Source: a virus
Lineage: Duplodnaviria > Heunggongvirae > Uroviricota > Caudoviricetes
Reading direction: 5' to 3' (one strand)
DNA length: 13,965 nt
Virus record (IMG/VR): IMGVR_UViG_2681813421_000009
Both the position numbers and the translations under genes were made by a program. The notes below the pieces were generated by a model. The model searched no databases and was not told the DNA's origin. It was given only the letters and a program-made list of their open reading frames with translations. Shown in pieces: positions 6,392 to 13,965 of this stretch. Position 1 is the stretch's first letter. Every line of letters starts with the position of its first letter.

Positions 6392-8743
6392 ATGCGAAAC
6401 ATTGATCTTATCCGTCAGGTTATCAGTGCGTCTGAAAACAACTGGCCTCATGTGCTGGACTGCCTGAACATAAATGTCCCTGACTCTCCGCGCCGTCATG
6501 CTCCCTGCCCTGCATGTGGGGGCAAAGATCGATTCCGGTTCGATGACAACGGGCGCGGTAGCTTCATCTGTAATCAGTGCGGCGCTGGTGATGGGCTGGA
6601 TTTAATTAAACGCGTAAATAACTGCGACACAACAGAGGCGGCGCTTCTTGCCGCTGATGTTCTGGGTATTGATTACCGGACAACGGAAACACCAGAAGCC
6701 ACCAGCCAGAAACGGGAACAACTGGAAACCGAGCGCCAGCGACGCGAACAGGAGCGCCTGAAAAGGGCAGAGAAGGACGAACAACAAAGACGGGATACGT
6801 TTTCCCGTCAGTTTGATGACATGCGCAGAAAGGCTGTAAACGGCAAATCTGATTATCTGGTTGCGAAAGGGGTAGGTGATTTTACATTCCCTGTGTTGCC
6901 CGATGGATCTCTGTTGCTGGCGCTGGTGGATAAATCCGGCGCAGTCACAGCAGCACAGACTATTACCTCACATGGTGAAAAAAGACTCCTGACAGGTTCA
7001 GCAAAGCGAGGGGCATATCACGCCATAAACGCACAGAAACGACCTCACAGCATCATAATTGCTGAGGGGGTGGCTACCGCCCTGTCGTGCCATTTAATTC
7101 GCCCTGACGCAATGACAGTGGCAGCAATCGACGCTGGCAACCTGTTGCCAGTAGCGGAAGTCATGCGCAGAACATATCCACAGGCACAAATCATCATTGC
7201 CGCAGATAACGATCACCAGCAAGGAAACTCCGAAAGTGGAGGGATCAACACGGGGAAAGATGCCGCAGAGAGGGCCGCTATTTCCGTAGCTGGCTGGGTG
7301 TCTCTGCCACCGACTGACTATAAAGCCGACTGGAACGACTATCACCAACAACACGGGCTGGCGGCAGCCACAGCAGCATTTAAAGATTCGATGTACCAGC
7401 CACGGGGGAAAGGGGCGCAGGTGAAAAATCACAAACAGTCAGTCGGGGCGCTGAATGAGATCAGTTCTGGCGAGGTGTTAAGCGATGATGAAATTGCTGT
7501 CCTCGAAGAAATCAACCGGACGTTTACGCATGTCACCATCGGCGGGAAACACAAGGTGGTGTCGCTAAAGCCTTCTCAAACCGGCGGTGTATCGCACGTT
7601 TTCGAGGATTTATCACAATTTCAGCATTATTTTCATCATAAACCGAGAGTCGCCAGAAAGCTGGCGGGATCGGCGTGGCTGTCATGGAGTGGGAAGAACT
7701 ACAAGCCAGGAGGCGTAGGATTTTATCCAGTACCAGACAAATGCCCTGACGATGTTTTTAATCTGTATGAGGGGCTGGCACTGGAACCAATTGAAGGAGA
7801 TTGCACGGTATACCTTAATCACCTGTTGCAGGTTGTCTGTGCCGGTAATGAAGAGGCATACCAATATCTTATCCAGTGGATGGCGCACATTATCCAAAAG
7901 CCTGATGAAAAACCGTCCGTGGCAATCGTGATGAAATCTGTCCCGGGCACAGGGAAAGGCACAACGGTTAAACCGCTGCTGCAAATACTGGGGCAGTACG
8001 CCGCCCACATTAACGGGGCGGGACATATTTCAGGGCGCTTCAATTCAATACTTGCTAACAAGCTACTGGTATTTGCTGACGAAGTGACGATCCACAAGCC
8101 GTCTGAAGCTGACAGACTTAAAGCGATTATTAGCGAACCGACGTTTAACCTTGAGCGCAAGGGAATTGATGCTGAACCAATGCCGAATTTTGCCCGGTTG
8201 ATATTTGCCAGTAACAGCACACAGGTATTACAGGCAGGGATAAGAGAGCGCCGCTATCTCGTGCTTGAGCCATCTCCTGAAAAAGCACAGAGCCGGGAGT
8301 ATTTTGATCGGCTGTACAGTTGGCTTAATGATGGCGGTGCCGCAAAGTTGCTTTGGCATCTTAAAGGGGTGGATCTCTCAGGTTTTGACCCTCAACGAGC
8401 GCCACAGACCGATGCCTTACGTGAAGAAATCTTGCTGGGGCTGTCTGGCGTTGAATTGTTTCTTTATGGCGAGCTAATCAATGAACCTCCGTTTAATGGC
8501 GAAGTCCGTTTGTTTGCAAAGGATATGGTTAGTCGATTTGTAGCGTGGTCGCTTGAGCGTGGGGAAAAGCTTAAAGAACCAGCTGCCAGATCACTACTGG
8601 GTAAATCACTTGCACAAATGGGGCTGGTGAAGCATGGAAGACCAGACCGAGGGAATGGCGTGTTCTACGAACTACCAGAGGTCGGAGTTCTACAGGCTGC
8701 GTTTGCCCGTCTGATCGGTATGGGGGGTTATGATGTTTTTTAA
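6392..8743 (+). CDS. P4-alpha-type primase/helicase (Zn-ribbon, Toprim primase, D5-like helicase)
   Basis: 783-aa ORF. N-terminal zinc ribbon (CPACGGKDRFRF...FICNQCG), Toprim motifs (IIIAEGVATALS and IIIAADNDHQ), C-terminal Walker A (VPGTGKGTT, about 7945-7970) and Walker B (LLVFADEV). RBS GGGGG upstream of the ATG. Confidence 0.9.
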   Translation: MRNIDLIRQVISASENNWPHVLDCLNINVPDSPRRHAPCPACGGKDRFRFDDNGRGSFICNQCGAGDGLDLIKRVNNCDTTEAALLAADVLGIDYRTTETPEATSQKREQLETERQRREQERLKRAEKDEQQRRDTFSRQFDDMRRKAVNGKSDYLVAKGVGDFTFPVLPDGSLLLALVDKSGAVTAAQTITSHGEKRLLTGSAKRGAYHAINAQKRPHSIIIAEGVATALSCHLIRPDAMTVAAIDAGNLLPVAEVMRRTYPQAQIIIAADNDHQQGNSESGGINTGKDAAERAAISVAGWVSLPPTDYKADWNDYHQQHGLAAATAAFKDSMYQPRGKGAQVKNHKQSVGALNEISSGEVLSDDEIAVLEEINRTFTHVTIGGKHKVVSLKPSQTGGVSHVFEDLSQFQHYFHHKPRVARKLAGSAWLSWSGKNYKPGGVGFYPVPDKCPDDVFNLYEGLALEPIEGDCTVYLNHLLQVVCAGNEEAYQYLIQWMAHIIQKPDEKPSVAIVMKSVPGTGKGTTVKPLLQILGQYAAHINGAGHISGRFNSILANKLLVFADEVTIHKPSEADRLKAIISEPTFNLERKGIDAEPMPNFARLIFASNSTQVLQAGIRERRYLVLEPSPEKAQSREYFDRLYSWLNDGGAAKLLWHLKGVDLSGFDPQRAPQTDALREEILLGLSGVELFLYGELINEPPFNGEVRLFAKDMVSRFVAWSLERGEKLKEPAARSLLGKSLAQMGLVKHGRPDRGNGVFYELPEVGVLQAAFARLIGMGGYDVF

Positions 8744-8772
8744 TATAGTCTTTTTACAAGAAGATCGTTTTT

Positions 8773-8876
8773 ACCTGTACCACCTATACCACTTTGCTAA
8801 TTCAGCATTAAAAACAATGCGTTATAGTGGTACAGGTCAATATCTTACCTATACCAGACCTGTACCACCTATACCA
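8773..8876. repeat. Iteron-like repeat cluster downstream of the primase
   Basis: Perfect 19-bp direct repeat ACCTGTACCACCTATACCA at 8773-8791 and 8858-8876; inverted copy GTGGTACAGGTC at 8827-8838 facing GACCTGTACCAC at 8857-8868; CCTATACCA occurs three times. Confidence 0.6.
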
Positions 8877-8919
8877 TTAACAAACGCATTTCTTCTGGCT
8901 GGCTGAGAGGGAACAACCA

Positions 8920-9150
8920 ATGATGAGCACACCATTTTACAAAGTGCGCCAGTTAGCTTCTTCCTCTGGCTGGCAGCTACGGTTTGAGGGGCGTTCAGAC
9001 TGGCTACCCATTGCGGCATGGGCGAATGTTGAAATGTGTATTGACGGCGATACCGTTGAAATCATTATTCCCTGCGTGGCAAGTCGGGACGGCTGTATAG
9101 AGCCAACAGATATGGCAGCAGAAATCAGAGAGGTAAAACATGAACAATAA
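8920..9150 (+). CDS. small hypothetical protein (76 aa)
   Basis: ORF with RBS GAGAGGGAA upstream of ATG 8920; sits between the two repeat clusters. Confidence 0.5.
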   Translation: MMSTPFYKVRQLASSSGWQLRFEGRSDWLPIAAWANVEMCIDGDTVEIIIPCVASRDGCIEPTDMAAEIREVKHEQ

Positions 9151-9877
9151 CTATTGCATACTGCAGGGAATGACCAGAACGGAGCGCGAAGAATTAAAAA
9201 GTTTCGCTACACAGTGCGGGAATGCTGGCGACATCCAAAGTCTGGAACGCACTTTAATTATGATTGCGCACTGGATGCGCCAGGGGCAAAGAGTTTCATT
9301 TACTGAATATGCCAGCCAGTGGACAGAGGCACAGCGCGAACGGAGCGACGGTAATCACTCAACACCCGAAATGGCGAAGCAATGGCCTTTCAGTGGTAAA
9401 CGCTGTATCAGTCCCGGTGGTTCAGATTATTACCCTGCTGGTGTGGGAGATGAGCCATGTTGTGACGAGACTGAAATCCGCCACGCAGTGACAGTAATTA
9501 CCGCTGAATACCCACAATTTAACCTTGACGGACTGGCGCTCCACAACCGGAATGCGGACTGGGAAAACCCGCTTGATAACCCGTCATTTATCGTATCGGC
9601 GAAAAGCTGCCTGAGATGGATCAGAGACAACGGGATGAGTAATGCCCAGATTGAGAGCTTCCCGCAGGATAACCCCACATCTGACACGTTGAAGCATGAA
9701 GTGGAGCGATATAACCAGATAAACCACCAGCACAGTGATCACCCGCACTATATCCCCAACGGAGCATTTATTGCGGCGATGGTGGCAAGCGGCTACAAGG
9801 TTAAGCCAGCGGGAAGAATGAACGCATTTTTCAATATTTCAAAAAAGGGATTATGTGCTGCTATGGGTAAAAATTAA
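9140..9877 (+). CDS. hypothetical protein (245 aa)
   Basis: ORF overlapping the upstream gene by 11 nt; RBS GAGAGG upstream. No family recognised. Confidence 0.55.
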   Translation: MNNNYCILQGMTRTEREELKSFATQCGNAGDIQSLERTLIMIAHWMRQGQRVSFTEYASQWTEAQRERSDGNHSTPEMAKQWPFSGKRCISPGGSDYYPAGVGDEPCCDETEIRHAVTVITAEYPQFNLDGLALHNRNADWENPLDNPSFIVSAKSCLRWIRDNGMSNAQIESFPQDNPTSDTLKHEVERYNQINHQHSDHPHYIPNGAFIAAMVASGYKVKPAGRMNAFFNISKKGLCAAMGKN

Positions 9878-9882
9878 ATAAA

Positions 9883-9986
9883 TGGTACAGGTCTGTACAG
9901 GTGGGGAGAGGTCATTTTTACCCACCTGTACCACCTGCAGGCCGCGCCACACAAGGGTTTGTGACATGGTGGTACAGGTGGTACAG
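9883..9986. repeat. Second iteron-like cluster including an 11-bp perfect inverted repeat
   Basis: Same core motif (GGTACAGG / CCTGTACC) in at least five copies: TGGTACAGGTC 9883-9893, GTACAGGTGGG 9895-9905, CCCACCTGTACCACCTG 9921-9937, GGTGGTACAGGTGGTACAG 9968-9986. GTACAGGTGGG (9895-9905) and CCCACCTGTAC (9921-9931) form a perfect inverted repeat with a 15-nt spacer. Confidence 0.6.
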
Positions 9987-10139
9987 CAAAAACAGCGATT
10001 TTCTTTATAAGGTATGTTTTGCTCATCTGGCAGACGGAGGTATTCGCTGCGGTTTGGCACATAGCCCAGAACAGCAAAGAGTTTTACGAGACTTTTGTAA
10101 AATCCAGTGTACAAGGGCGTGACGTTTTTGAAGGTGAGC

Positions 10140-10158
10140 ACTACGAAATTTTCGTAGT
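10140..10158. promoter_or_regulatory. 19-bp perfect palindrome (candidate operator)
   Basis: ACTACGAAA-T-TTTCGTAGT centred at 10149 in the non-coding stretch between the repeat cluster and the cargo operon. No flanking T-run on either strand, so not a terminator. Confidence 0.3.
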
Positions 10159-10351
10159 TCAAAAAATAGCCTCTGAGATGTTGTTATGCCTGTTCAGCAA
10201 ACCATCCGCATAGCTGATCGCGAATCAAATTACCAATGGAGCCAGAAGCAAGGGCAGAACTGGAAAGCGCCTGCCGTGAAGAGTAATGCGACTCCATAAA
10301 TATAGTTTTTAGAGTCCATAAAAAAACTGTCAAAACCTGACATACAGAACG

Positions 10352-10384
10352 ATGCCACCAGCTACTGAACGGTGGCATTTTTTT
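10352..10384 (+). terminator. Rho-independent terminator
   Basis: Stem ATGCCACC (10352-10359) / GGTGGCAT (10371-10378) with an 11-nt loop, followed by a run of seven T. The opposite strand lacks a 3' T-run. Confidence 0.5.
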
Positions 10385-10480
10385 GTGCTATTTGTTTCAT
10401 ATTTTGCAATCACAATGATGAATGTTGCGTTTTATGAAACTATAATGACTGTTGTTTTATACAGTTCTAAGGGGGGCGTT

Positions 10481-10654
10481 ATGGCTATTTCAGTAAAGCC
10501 AGTATTGATAAGTGAGAAGCAAATGGAAGCGATAAAGAAAATTCAGGAGGAGCAGCGTAAAAAATCAGAGGTAGGAGTTGCGCCAACGATCCACGAAATT
10601 GCTCGGGGATTAATGGATAAGGCGCTGGCTTACACTTTAACTGGACGTGGGTAA
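10481..10654 (+). CDS. small DNA-binding-like protein (57 aa, possible ribbon-helix-helix fold)
   Basis: ATG at 10481 with RBS AAGGGGGG 5 nt upstream. The six-frame ORF from 10352 would overlap the terminator hairpin and has no RBS. The RHH call is a guess from size and charge pattern only. Confidence 0.5.
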   Translation: MAISVKPVLISEKQMEAIKKIQEEQRKKSEVGVAPTIHEIARGLMDKALAYTLTGRG

Positions 10655-10658
10655 ATTT

Positions 10659-12002
10659 ATGGCTACGTGGCAACAGGGTATTAATTCTGGTGGTTTTCTG
10701 GCTGGCATCGGTGCGCAAAATGAGAATGCGCCAAAGGCAAGCGACATTAACGCAACGCTTGGTCTGATCCGCGAAAACAATGAACTGGCTCGCTCAGGTG
10801 CAAATAACGTTGCTCTGACAGGTCTTCGTGGTCTGGCTGGAGTTGCTGACATTTATAAGCAGCAGCAACAGCAGGAACGTAAAGCGGCATTCCAGAAAGG
10901 TTATGCAGATGCTTATGCGTCCGGTGACAGGGAGCAGATGCGTAATCTTATTACAGCATTCCCAGAAGAGTTTGAGGAAGTCCGTAAAGGGATGAGTTAT
11001 GTCGATGATGCTCAAAGGGATGATTATGGCAATCTGGCGCTCAAAGCACAGGTAGCCTCATCGCTTGGTCAGGGCGCATTTGGCAGGTTCATGATGGATA
11101 ATGAGCAGGAGATGCGTCGTTTAGGTATCCCTCCAGAAACTATTGCTGAAATGCAGGTTAATGACCCGCAGGGCTTCCAGCATTTCGCAGGTAATCTGGC
11201 GCTGTTTTCTCTCGGTCATGAGAAGTATTTCGATATCAAAGATCAAATGGAAGGTCGTCGACTTGAGCAAGGGCGACTGGATGAAAGTATGCGTCAGGCT
11301 GACATGGAGAACGCGAGAGGATGGGCAAATATCCAGAACGCTCAACTAGACAGGGCTCAGCGAGCACAAATTCACTCAGATGAGATGGGATTGAAGCTAA
11401 TGGAGCTGGGGCAAAAAGGTAAGCCGTCAGCAGACTTAATTAAGGGATTAAATTCTGACATTACCAATTTTGGCAAAAATTATAACTCTGTCAGAGCGGC
11501 GGCAAACTCTCTGCAAGCCCTTAGCAAGGTAAATACTGGCGCTGCCCAACTTGGGATTATCTTCAACTACATGAAATCTCTTGACCCGCAGTCAGTCGTT
11601 CGTGAAGGCGAACAGGTTCAGGTAATGCGGTCTGATGGCATATGGGGACAAATCAAAGGATACATAGACCAGCTTAATGCTGGAAACGGCCTGTCGCAGG
11701 AGGCAAAGGATAACATTGTTAACGCCGCAAAAATCAACGCCAATGCTATGGGGCAGCAGTTTAACCAGCAGGTTGACGAGTATCTCGATACATATGGAGA
11801 AACTATTCCTCAGGGGCTAAGAAAAAGCCTTGAAAGAAGGAAAGCGAAGCTATTTGACGATGTTTCCGGGCAGCCTACATCACAGGCTGGCACTGGACAG
11901 GCAAAAGCGGCAACCGGAGGAATATCAGAAGGCGCAACGGCAACCAACCCTAAAACTGGTCAGAAAATCATTTACAGGAACGGAAAATGGCAGCAAATGT
12001 AA
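10659..12002 (+). CDS. hypothetical Gln-rich, coiled-coil-like protein (about 447 aa)
   Basis: ATG at 10659, 4 nt after the upstream stop; a GTG at 10647 is the alternative start. Contains a QQQQQ run and many Q/E/R-rich predicted helical segments. No catalytic motif recognised. Confidence 0.6.
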   Translation: MATWQQGINSGGFLAGIGAQNENAPKASDINATLGLIRENNELARSGANNVALTGLRGLAGVADIYKQQQQQERKAAFQKGYADAYASGDREQMRNLITAFPEEFEEVRKGMSYVDDAQRDDYGNLALKAQVASSLGQGAFGRFMMDNEQEMRRLGIPPETIAEMQVNDPQGFQHFAGNLALFSLGHEKYFDIKDQMEGRRLEQGRLDESMRQADMENARGWANIQNAQLDRAQRAQIHSDEMGLKLMELGQKGKPSADLIKGLNSDITNFGKNYNSVRAAANSLQALSKVNTGAAQLGIIFNYMKSLDPQSVVREGEQVQVMRSDGIWGQIKGYIDQLNAGNGLSQEAKDNIVNAAKINANAMGQQFNQQVDEYLDTYGETIPQGLRKSLERRKAKLFDDVSGQPTSQAGTGQAKAATGGISEGATATNPKTGQKIIYRNGKWQQM

Positions 12003-13792
12003 TCTTACCGGAAGGTTTTGTGCTCGATGAACAACCTGATAACTCACAGTTTCCTGATAGTTCACAGCTTCCTGATGGTTTTGTGCTTGATGCCCAACCA
12101 GAACAGCAGCAATCACCTTTGGTTTCACCAGAGGAAAATTCCAGACAGGAAAATGTTGTTAATAATGCTAACGGTTTCGACCGTTTTATGTATGGCGTTC
12201 TCAGTGGATTGATGGATGTTGGTAAAGGTGTTGGCCTGTTTCAGGATATGACACCAGAAGAGCAAGCCGCAATTCAGTCTCTACAGCAGAAGTTAGCGGC
12301 AAAACCATCAACCGCACAAGATGTTGGTGAGTTCGTTGGACAAGCAGCGCCATTTGTTAGTGGTGGTGGGATTATTTCTCAGGTTCCCAAAGGGGCGGCA
12401 AGACTGGCTGCCGCCGCAGGGCTTGGTGCTGGAGAAGGGGCTATTGTAGCCAATGGAACAAATAGCGATGTTGCTTCCGGCGCTGCTATTGGCGCTGTGG
12501 CTGGCCCTGTAGCCGAACTTGCTGGCCCTGCAATTAATAAAATAGCTGGGAAATTAACCAAGAAGAATGTTTCTTCGATTCCAGATATTGAGGGGATTAC
12601 TCCTGCCGAAGAGAAAATTCGTAAGTTATCTGCACAAGGCAACCCAAATCTTGCCTCTTCGCTTGAAGGGCTAGATCTAAAACCTCAGAAAGAAATTGTT
12701 GAGGCTGCAAATAGGCTTCATGTTGATTCAGTTCTTCCTTCTCATTTATCAGGAAATGAGCAATACCAAGCTGTAGAGCAAGCCCTAAAGTCACGGACAG
12801 GATCAGCGTTAAAAGCTCAAGAAGATAAAGCAATAAGCGAATTAGCCTCTAGTGCTGGCAAGATAATCGATGATGTTGCTGGTGCGCCAGATGCGTTAGC
12901 TATGAGCGAAAAATATATTTATCAGATAAATAGTAGAATGGAAGCACTAAAAAACCGTAGTGATCAGTTATATAAACGTGTTGATTCCGCTCTATCACCA
13001 AGAACAAAAGTCGAAGCAAATAACACAAGCACTATGCTGGAAAAAATCGCTGATGATTTAGGAGGGTGGGATAATCTTGACCCAATAGAAAAGCGAGTTT
13101 TTACAGCAATAAACCCCGGCCCAGATAGCATCCTAACGTATGCAAATTTAAACAGGCAAAGGCGTTTAGTTGGTGATGCCCTAAATAAAAAGCAGGGGCC
13201 ATACAAAGATGCTGATAAAGAAGCGCTATCAAGACTATATGGAGCTTTAGCTGAAGACCAAAAATCTGTCTTATCCAATACTGGATACTTGCGAGATTTC
13301 GAAGTCGCACAACGCCTTGTAGCTATGAGAAAAAACTTAGAAAGGCAAATGGTAAATCTTCGCGGGAAAACACTTAATGGGGATATAGCGTATAAAGTAA
13401 CGAATTCTCTTCAATCTATGGCAAAAGGTGATGCGAGAGGGTTTCGTGAGATTATGCAAAATACTCCATCAAGAACATTGCGAAGGGAGCTAGTAGGAAC
13501 AGCATTAAGAGATATGCTTTCCTCTGGGAAGCGTGGGGCCGACTTTAATCCATCTGGCTTCGCAGATTGGTGGCAAAACTTGCAACACAGTGGACAGCTA
13601 AAGACTTTGGCTGAACATTTGCCAAAAGAAACAATGAGCGGACTATATGATGTATACAAAGTTGCCAGAGCAATAAAAAATGCTAAAGCGCATGAAATAT
13701 CTACTGGTAAGCTGAATGAGTTTGTAAACAGATTTAATCGGGTAACAGCTCCATACGAACTAGCAGCAAAGGTAGTGACTCCAACTTACTGA
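11987..13792 (+). CDS. hypothetical large protein, 3' end truncated by IS1 insertion
   Basis: ATG at 11987 with RBS AGGAA, overlapping the upstream gene by 16 nt. N-terminal tandem motif [10 protein letters not shown] / [10 protein letters not shown], then a Gly/Ala-rich segment, then an AT-rich-encoded K/E/N-rich C-terminal region. Native sequence ends at 13770; the last seven codons (VVTPTY-stop) are read from the IS1 inverted repeat. Confidence 0.6.
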   Translation: MAANVILPEGFVLDEQPDNSQFPDSSQLPDGFVLDAQPEQQQSPLVSPEENSRQENVVNNANGFDRFMYGVLSGLMDVGKGVGLFQDMTPEEQAAIQSLQQKLAAKPSTAQDVGEFVGQAAPFVSGGGIISQVPKGAARLAAAAGLGAGEGAIVANGTNSDVASGAAIGAVAGPVAELAGPAINKIAGKLTKKNVSSIPDIEGITPAEEKIRKLSAQGNPNLASSLEGLDLKPQKEIVEAANRLHVDSVLPSHLSGNEQYQAVEQALKSRTGSALKAQEDKAISELASSAGKIIDDVAGAPDALAMSEKYIYQINSRMEALKNRSDQLYKRVDSALSPRTKVEANNTSTMLEKIADDLGGWDNLDPIEKRVFTAINPGPDSILTYANLNRQRRLVGDALNKKQGPYKDADKEALSRLYGALAEDQKSVLSNTGYLRDFEVAQRLVAMRKNLERQMVNLRGKTLNGDIAYKVTNSLQSMAKGDARGFREIMQNTPSRTLRRELVGTALRDMLSSGKRGADFNPSGFADWWQNLQHSGQLKTLAEHLPKETMSGLYDVYKVARAIKNAKAHEISTGKLNEFVNRFNRVTAPYELAAKVVTPTY

Positions 13793-13965
13793 TAGTGTTT
13801 TATGTTCAGATAATGCCCGATGACCTTGTCATGCAGCTCCACCGATTTTGAGAACGACAGTGACTTCCGTCCCAGCCTTGCCAGATGTTGTCTCAGATTC
13901 AGATTATGTCGCTCAATGCGCTGAGTGTAACGCTTGCTGATAACGTGCAGCTTTCCCTTCAGGCG
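13771..13965 (-). mobile_element. IS1-family insertion sequence, partial (continues beyond window end)
   Basis: Terminal inverted repeat GGTAGTGACTCCAACTTACTGAT at 13771-13793 matches the IS1 right-end IR at 21 of 23 positions; the adjoining sequence matches IS1 with scattered substitutions. Confidence 0.9.
13786..13965 (-). CDS. insB: IS1 transposase InsB, C-terminal fragment (partial at window edge)
   Basis: Minus-strand translation of 13786-13965 gives [59 protein letters not shown]-stop, the InsB C-terminus as I recall it. Confidence 0.85.
   Translation of the reverse strand, partial: RLKGKLHVISKRYTQRIERHNLNLRQHLARLGRKSLSFSKSVELHDKVIGHYLNIKHYQ

Noticed and set aside
7094-8220. Three minus-strand ORFs (112-133 aa) overlapping the primase gene
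   Set aside because: Antisense shadow ORFs of a gene with clear primase/helicase motifs; Cys/His-rich translations typical of out-of-frame reading.
8773-9986. Possible CRISPR array, given the repeated short motif
   Set aside because: Repeats are about 11-19 bp, irregularly spaced, in both orientations and without uniform spacers; this fits iterons or operators, not CRISPR.
9901-10122. 73-aa + strand ORF (and overlapping minus-strand ORFs 9851-10162, 9874-10077) across the second repeat cluster
   Set aside because: The ORFs are built largely from the iteron repeats themselves (PPVPP, WWYRWY translations); more likely non-coding repeat DNA.
10352-10480. N-terminal extension of the small RHH-like gene to give a 100-aa ORF
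   Set aside because: The extension would start inside the terminator hairpin and has no RBS; the internal ATG at 10481 has a strong RBS.
12379-12642. 87-aa minus-strand Ala/Pro-rich ORF
   Set aside because: Antisense image of the Gly/Ala-rich segment of the 601-aa gene.

Overview
This window reads as the integrase-proximal arm of a P4-family integrative element (satellite-phage-like island) from an enterobacterial genome, with every convincing gene on the + strand. In order: a P4-type tyrosine integrase starting at base 1 (the tRNA/attL it would sit beside lies outside the window); an AT-rich orphan gene; an AT-rich promoter region; an AlpA-type regulator; a KilAC/AntA-type antirepressor; a candidate structured RNA just upstream of an Icd-like gene; a chain of small translationally coupled genes ending in a P4-alpha-type primase/helicase (6392..8743); two clusters of iteron-like CCTGTACCACC repeats bracketing two small genes; a rho-independent terminator; then a three-gene cargo operon of unknown function (small RHH-like protein plus 451-aa and 601-aa low-complexity proteins) whose last gene is cut at its 3' end by a partial IS1 copy at the window edge. 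The cargo operon and the integrase-adjacent orphan gene are the best candidates for an undescribed system, but I cannot assign either a function from sequence alone. All family assignments rest on motif recognition and recalled family patterns; no database search was possible.
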